From an uncultured Eubacteriales bacterium (lineage in GTDB: Bacteria; Bacillota; Clostridia; Oscillospirales; UBA644), in NCBI GenBank assembly GCA_902373415.1, contig CABKLX010000006.1, positions 54,295 through 118,294 on the forward strand: DNA of 64,000 bases. Direction: 5' to 3'. Numbering within the stretch: position 1 is the first letter of the stretch; every line of letters begins with the position of its first letter. The notes below the pieces were generated by a model. That model was not told the origin of the DNA, made no database searches, and saw only the letters and a program-made list of their open reading frames with translations. Position numbers and translations under genes: made by a program. Positions 62,793 to 64,000 of this stretch are shown in pieces.

Positions 62793-63335
62793 TCAAATCT
62801 CCTTTCCCATCTGATATGCTTTTTCCAATGCAGGGTGTCCGGCAATTTCGCCCACATCGGTTACACCGCCGGCAAATACGGTGCCCGCCAATTCACAGCG
62901 GTCAAAGCAGTCCACCCAGCCCTGTACCGCCTTGACGGTGCCTTCCACCGTTTCCGATTCATCCTCCGCCGCCGTCGCCAGCAGGTAAGCCTTCGTGAAG
63001 GCATAGTCTGTGCCGAATAGCGGGTTGGCACGGTCCAGCATGGTCTTGAGCTGACCGCTGACACTGTAATAGTAGACCGGCGTTGCAAACACCAGCACAT
63101 CGGCATCGTGCATCCTGGCCGCGATCTCCGCCGCGTCATCCTTGATAACACAGTGTCCCGACTTCTGACAGGCAAGACAGCCCTTGCAGAAGCCGTACTG
63201 CATTTCCCTCAGATACACAGTCTCCACCTGATTGCCCGCTTCCTGCGCACCATCTGCAAAAGCCGCCGCAAGCGTCTCGGAATTGCCGCCCTTGCGGGGG
63301 CTTGAAGAAAGAATCAAAACATTTTTATGCATCAA
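62793..63335 (-). CDS. Flavodoxin-like / NADPH-dependent FMN reductase family protein
   Basis: VLILSSSPRKGGNSETLA and CKGCLACQKSGHC, typical of iron-sulfur flavoprotein / FMN-reductase-like proteins. Confidence 0.8.
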   Translation of the reverse strand: MMHKNVLILSSSPRKGGNSETLAAAFADGAQEAGNQVETVYLREMQYGFCKGCLACQKSGHCVIKDDAAEIAARMHDADVLVFATPVYYYSVSGQLKTMLDRANPLFGTDYAFTKAYLLATAAEDESETVEGTVKAVQGWVDCFDRCELAGTVFAGGVTDVGEIAGHPALEKAYQMGKEI

Positions 63336-63384
63336 AAAAAATCTCCTTTATGTATTGCATTTGTTTCACATTTATGCTATACTG

Positions 63385-63415
63385 ATAATAACACCTAAAC
63401 CTAACTTCAGGTCAA
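63385..63415 (-). promoter_or_regulatory. MerR-type promoter with 19-nt spacer for the flavodoxin/hydrolase operon
   Basis: On the minus strand: TTGACC (63415-63410), a 19-nt spacer containing an imperfect dyad ACCT...AGGT, then TATTAT (63390-63385). Divergent from the MerR gene. Confidence 0.55.
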
Positions 63416-63458
63416 GGGGTTTCAGAATATTTATTTGTAAATTTTTTTAGGAGATATT

Positions 63459-63899
63459 ATGTATACGATTGGACAAGTTTCAGAAATGTTCGGATTGCCC
63501 GTTTCCACCTTGCGTTACTATGATAAACAGGGACTTTTTCCGAATATGGAAAGAATATCGGGCATCCGTAAATTCAGCGATAACGAATTGGAAGCCCTGA
63601 GGGTCATCGAATGCTTGAAGAAATCCGGTCTGGAAATCAAGGATATCAAACAATTCATGGATTGGTGCGTAGAGGGTGCATCCACCTATCCTCAGAGAAA
63701 AGCACTCATTGAAAAGCAAAGAGAGAGACTTGAGGCAGAACTTGTCCGCATAAATAAAGTGTTGGATATGCTGAAATTCAAGTGCTGGTACTATGAGCAG
63801 GCAACGCGGTATGGCAGTGAAGATCAAGTACAGAGCATGATTCCTGACGGATTGCCGGAGGATGTACGAAGAGCATATGAAAATGCACACCATGATTAA
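63459..63899 (+). CDS. MerR-family transcriptional regulator
   Basis: MYTIGQVSEMFGLPVSTLRYYDKQGLF is a canonical MerR HTH, followed by a coiled-coil dimerisation helix. Confidence 0.9.
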   Translation: MYTIGQVSEMFGLPVSTLRYYDKQGLFPNMERISGIRKFSDNELEALRVIECLKKSGLEIKDIKQFMDWCVEGASTYPQRKALIEKQRERLEAELVRINKVLDMLKFKCWYYEQATRYGSEDQVQSMIPDGLPEDVRRAYENAHHD

Positions 63900-64000
63900 A
63901 AACATATTATAAAAAGATGCACGCCTCTCTGAACCTTTACACTAAAGGTCGAAGGGTTGTACAGTCCGTATCAAAATCGGTCTTGACTTTCAAAATAGCG

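Overview
The backbone is high-GC Firmicutes/Clostridia-type chromosome. Supporting cues are a dockerin-bearing surface protein, CotH/lamin-tail proteins, an ECF-type S component next to a MocR regulator, and a phi-LC3-type holin lysis cassette. No database search was possible, so every call comes from reading the translations and the DNA.

Layout:
(1) 1-29.2 kb: ordinary chromosomal genes. These are two CotH/LTD paralogs flanking a glycosidase-like gene, an NhaC-type antiporter, HtrA, GNAT, CYTH, a TIGR01440/UPF0340 protein, rhamnulokinase, an ABC exporter pair, two tandem PHP paralogs, an esterase, an MBL hydrolase, a MocR regulator, FtsH, a DAG-kinase-like lipid kinase and an alanine/glycine:cation symporter.
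(2) 29.2-31.8 kb: an AT-rich segment carrying a BspA-type LRR protein with a C-terminal dockerin.
(3) 31.8-43.7 kb: a compact phage-like element. It has a lysis cassette, fibre, two tail-like proteins, capsid, scaffold, portal, a small DNA-binding protein and a divergent replication initiator. I found no large terminase, integrase, tail tube or tape measure. It carries three copies of one promoter-like motif and several tandem-repeat clusters.
(4) 43.9-45.5 kb: pdxK and a GNAT gene.
(5) 45.7 to about 61.65 kb: a visibly AT-richer island. Its left edge is a 3' half of a tRNA-Ser, and an imperfect full tRNA-Ser(UGA) lies inside it near its right end.
(6) 61.7-64 kb: a MerR / flavodoxin-like / alpha-beta hydrolase cassette.

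The island contains a pol-beta nucleotidyltransferase with a coupled 30-aa peptide, a Fic-hsdM-HTH-hsdS-hsdR type I R-M operon, an MmcQ/YjbR gene and a PD-(D/E)XK protein.

The most interesting locus is also in this island. It is a DUF2828-type vWA protein that looks Ro60/TROVE-like. Its gene sits directly behind, on the same strand, at least three tRNA-like RNA modules and a roughly 0.6-kb ORF-free, hairpin-dense region. All of this lies downstream of a pair of WYL-domain regulators. I rank this protein-plus-RNA locus as the best candidate for an undescribed system.
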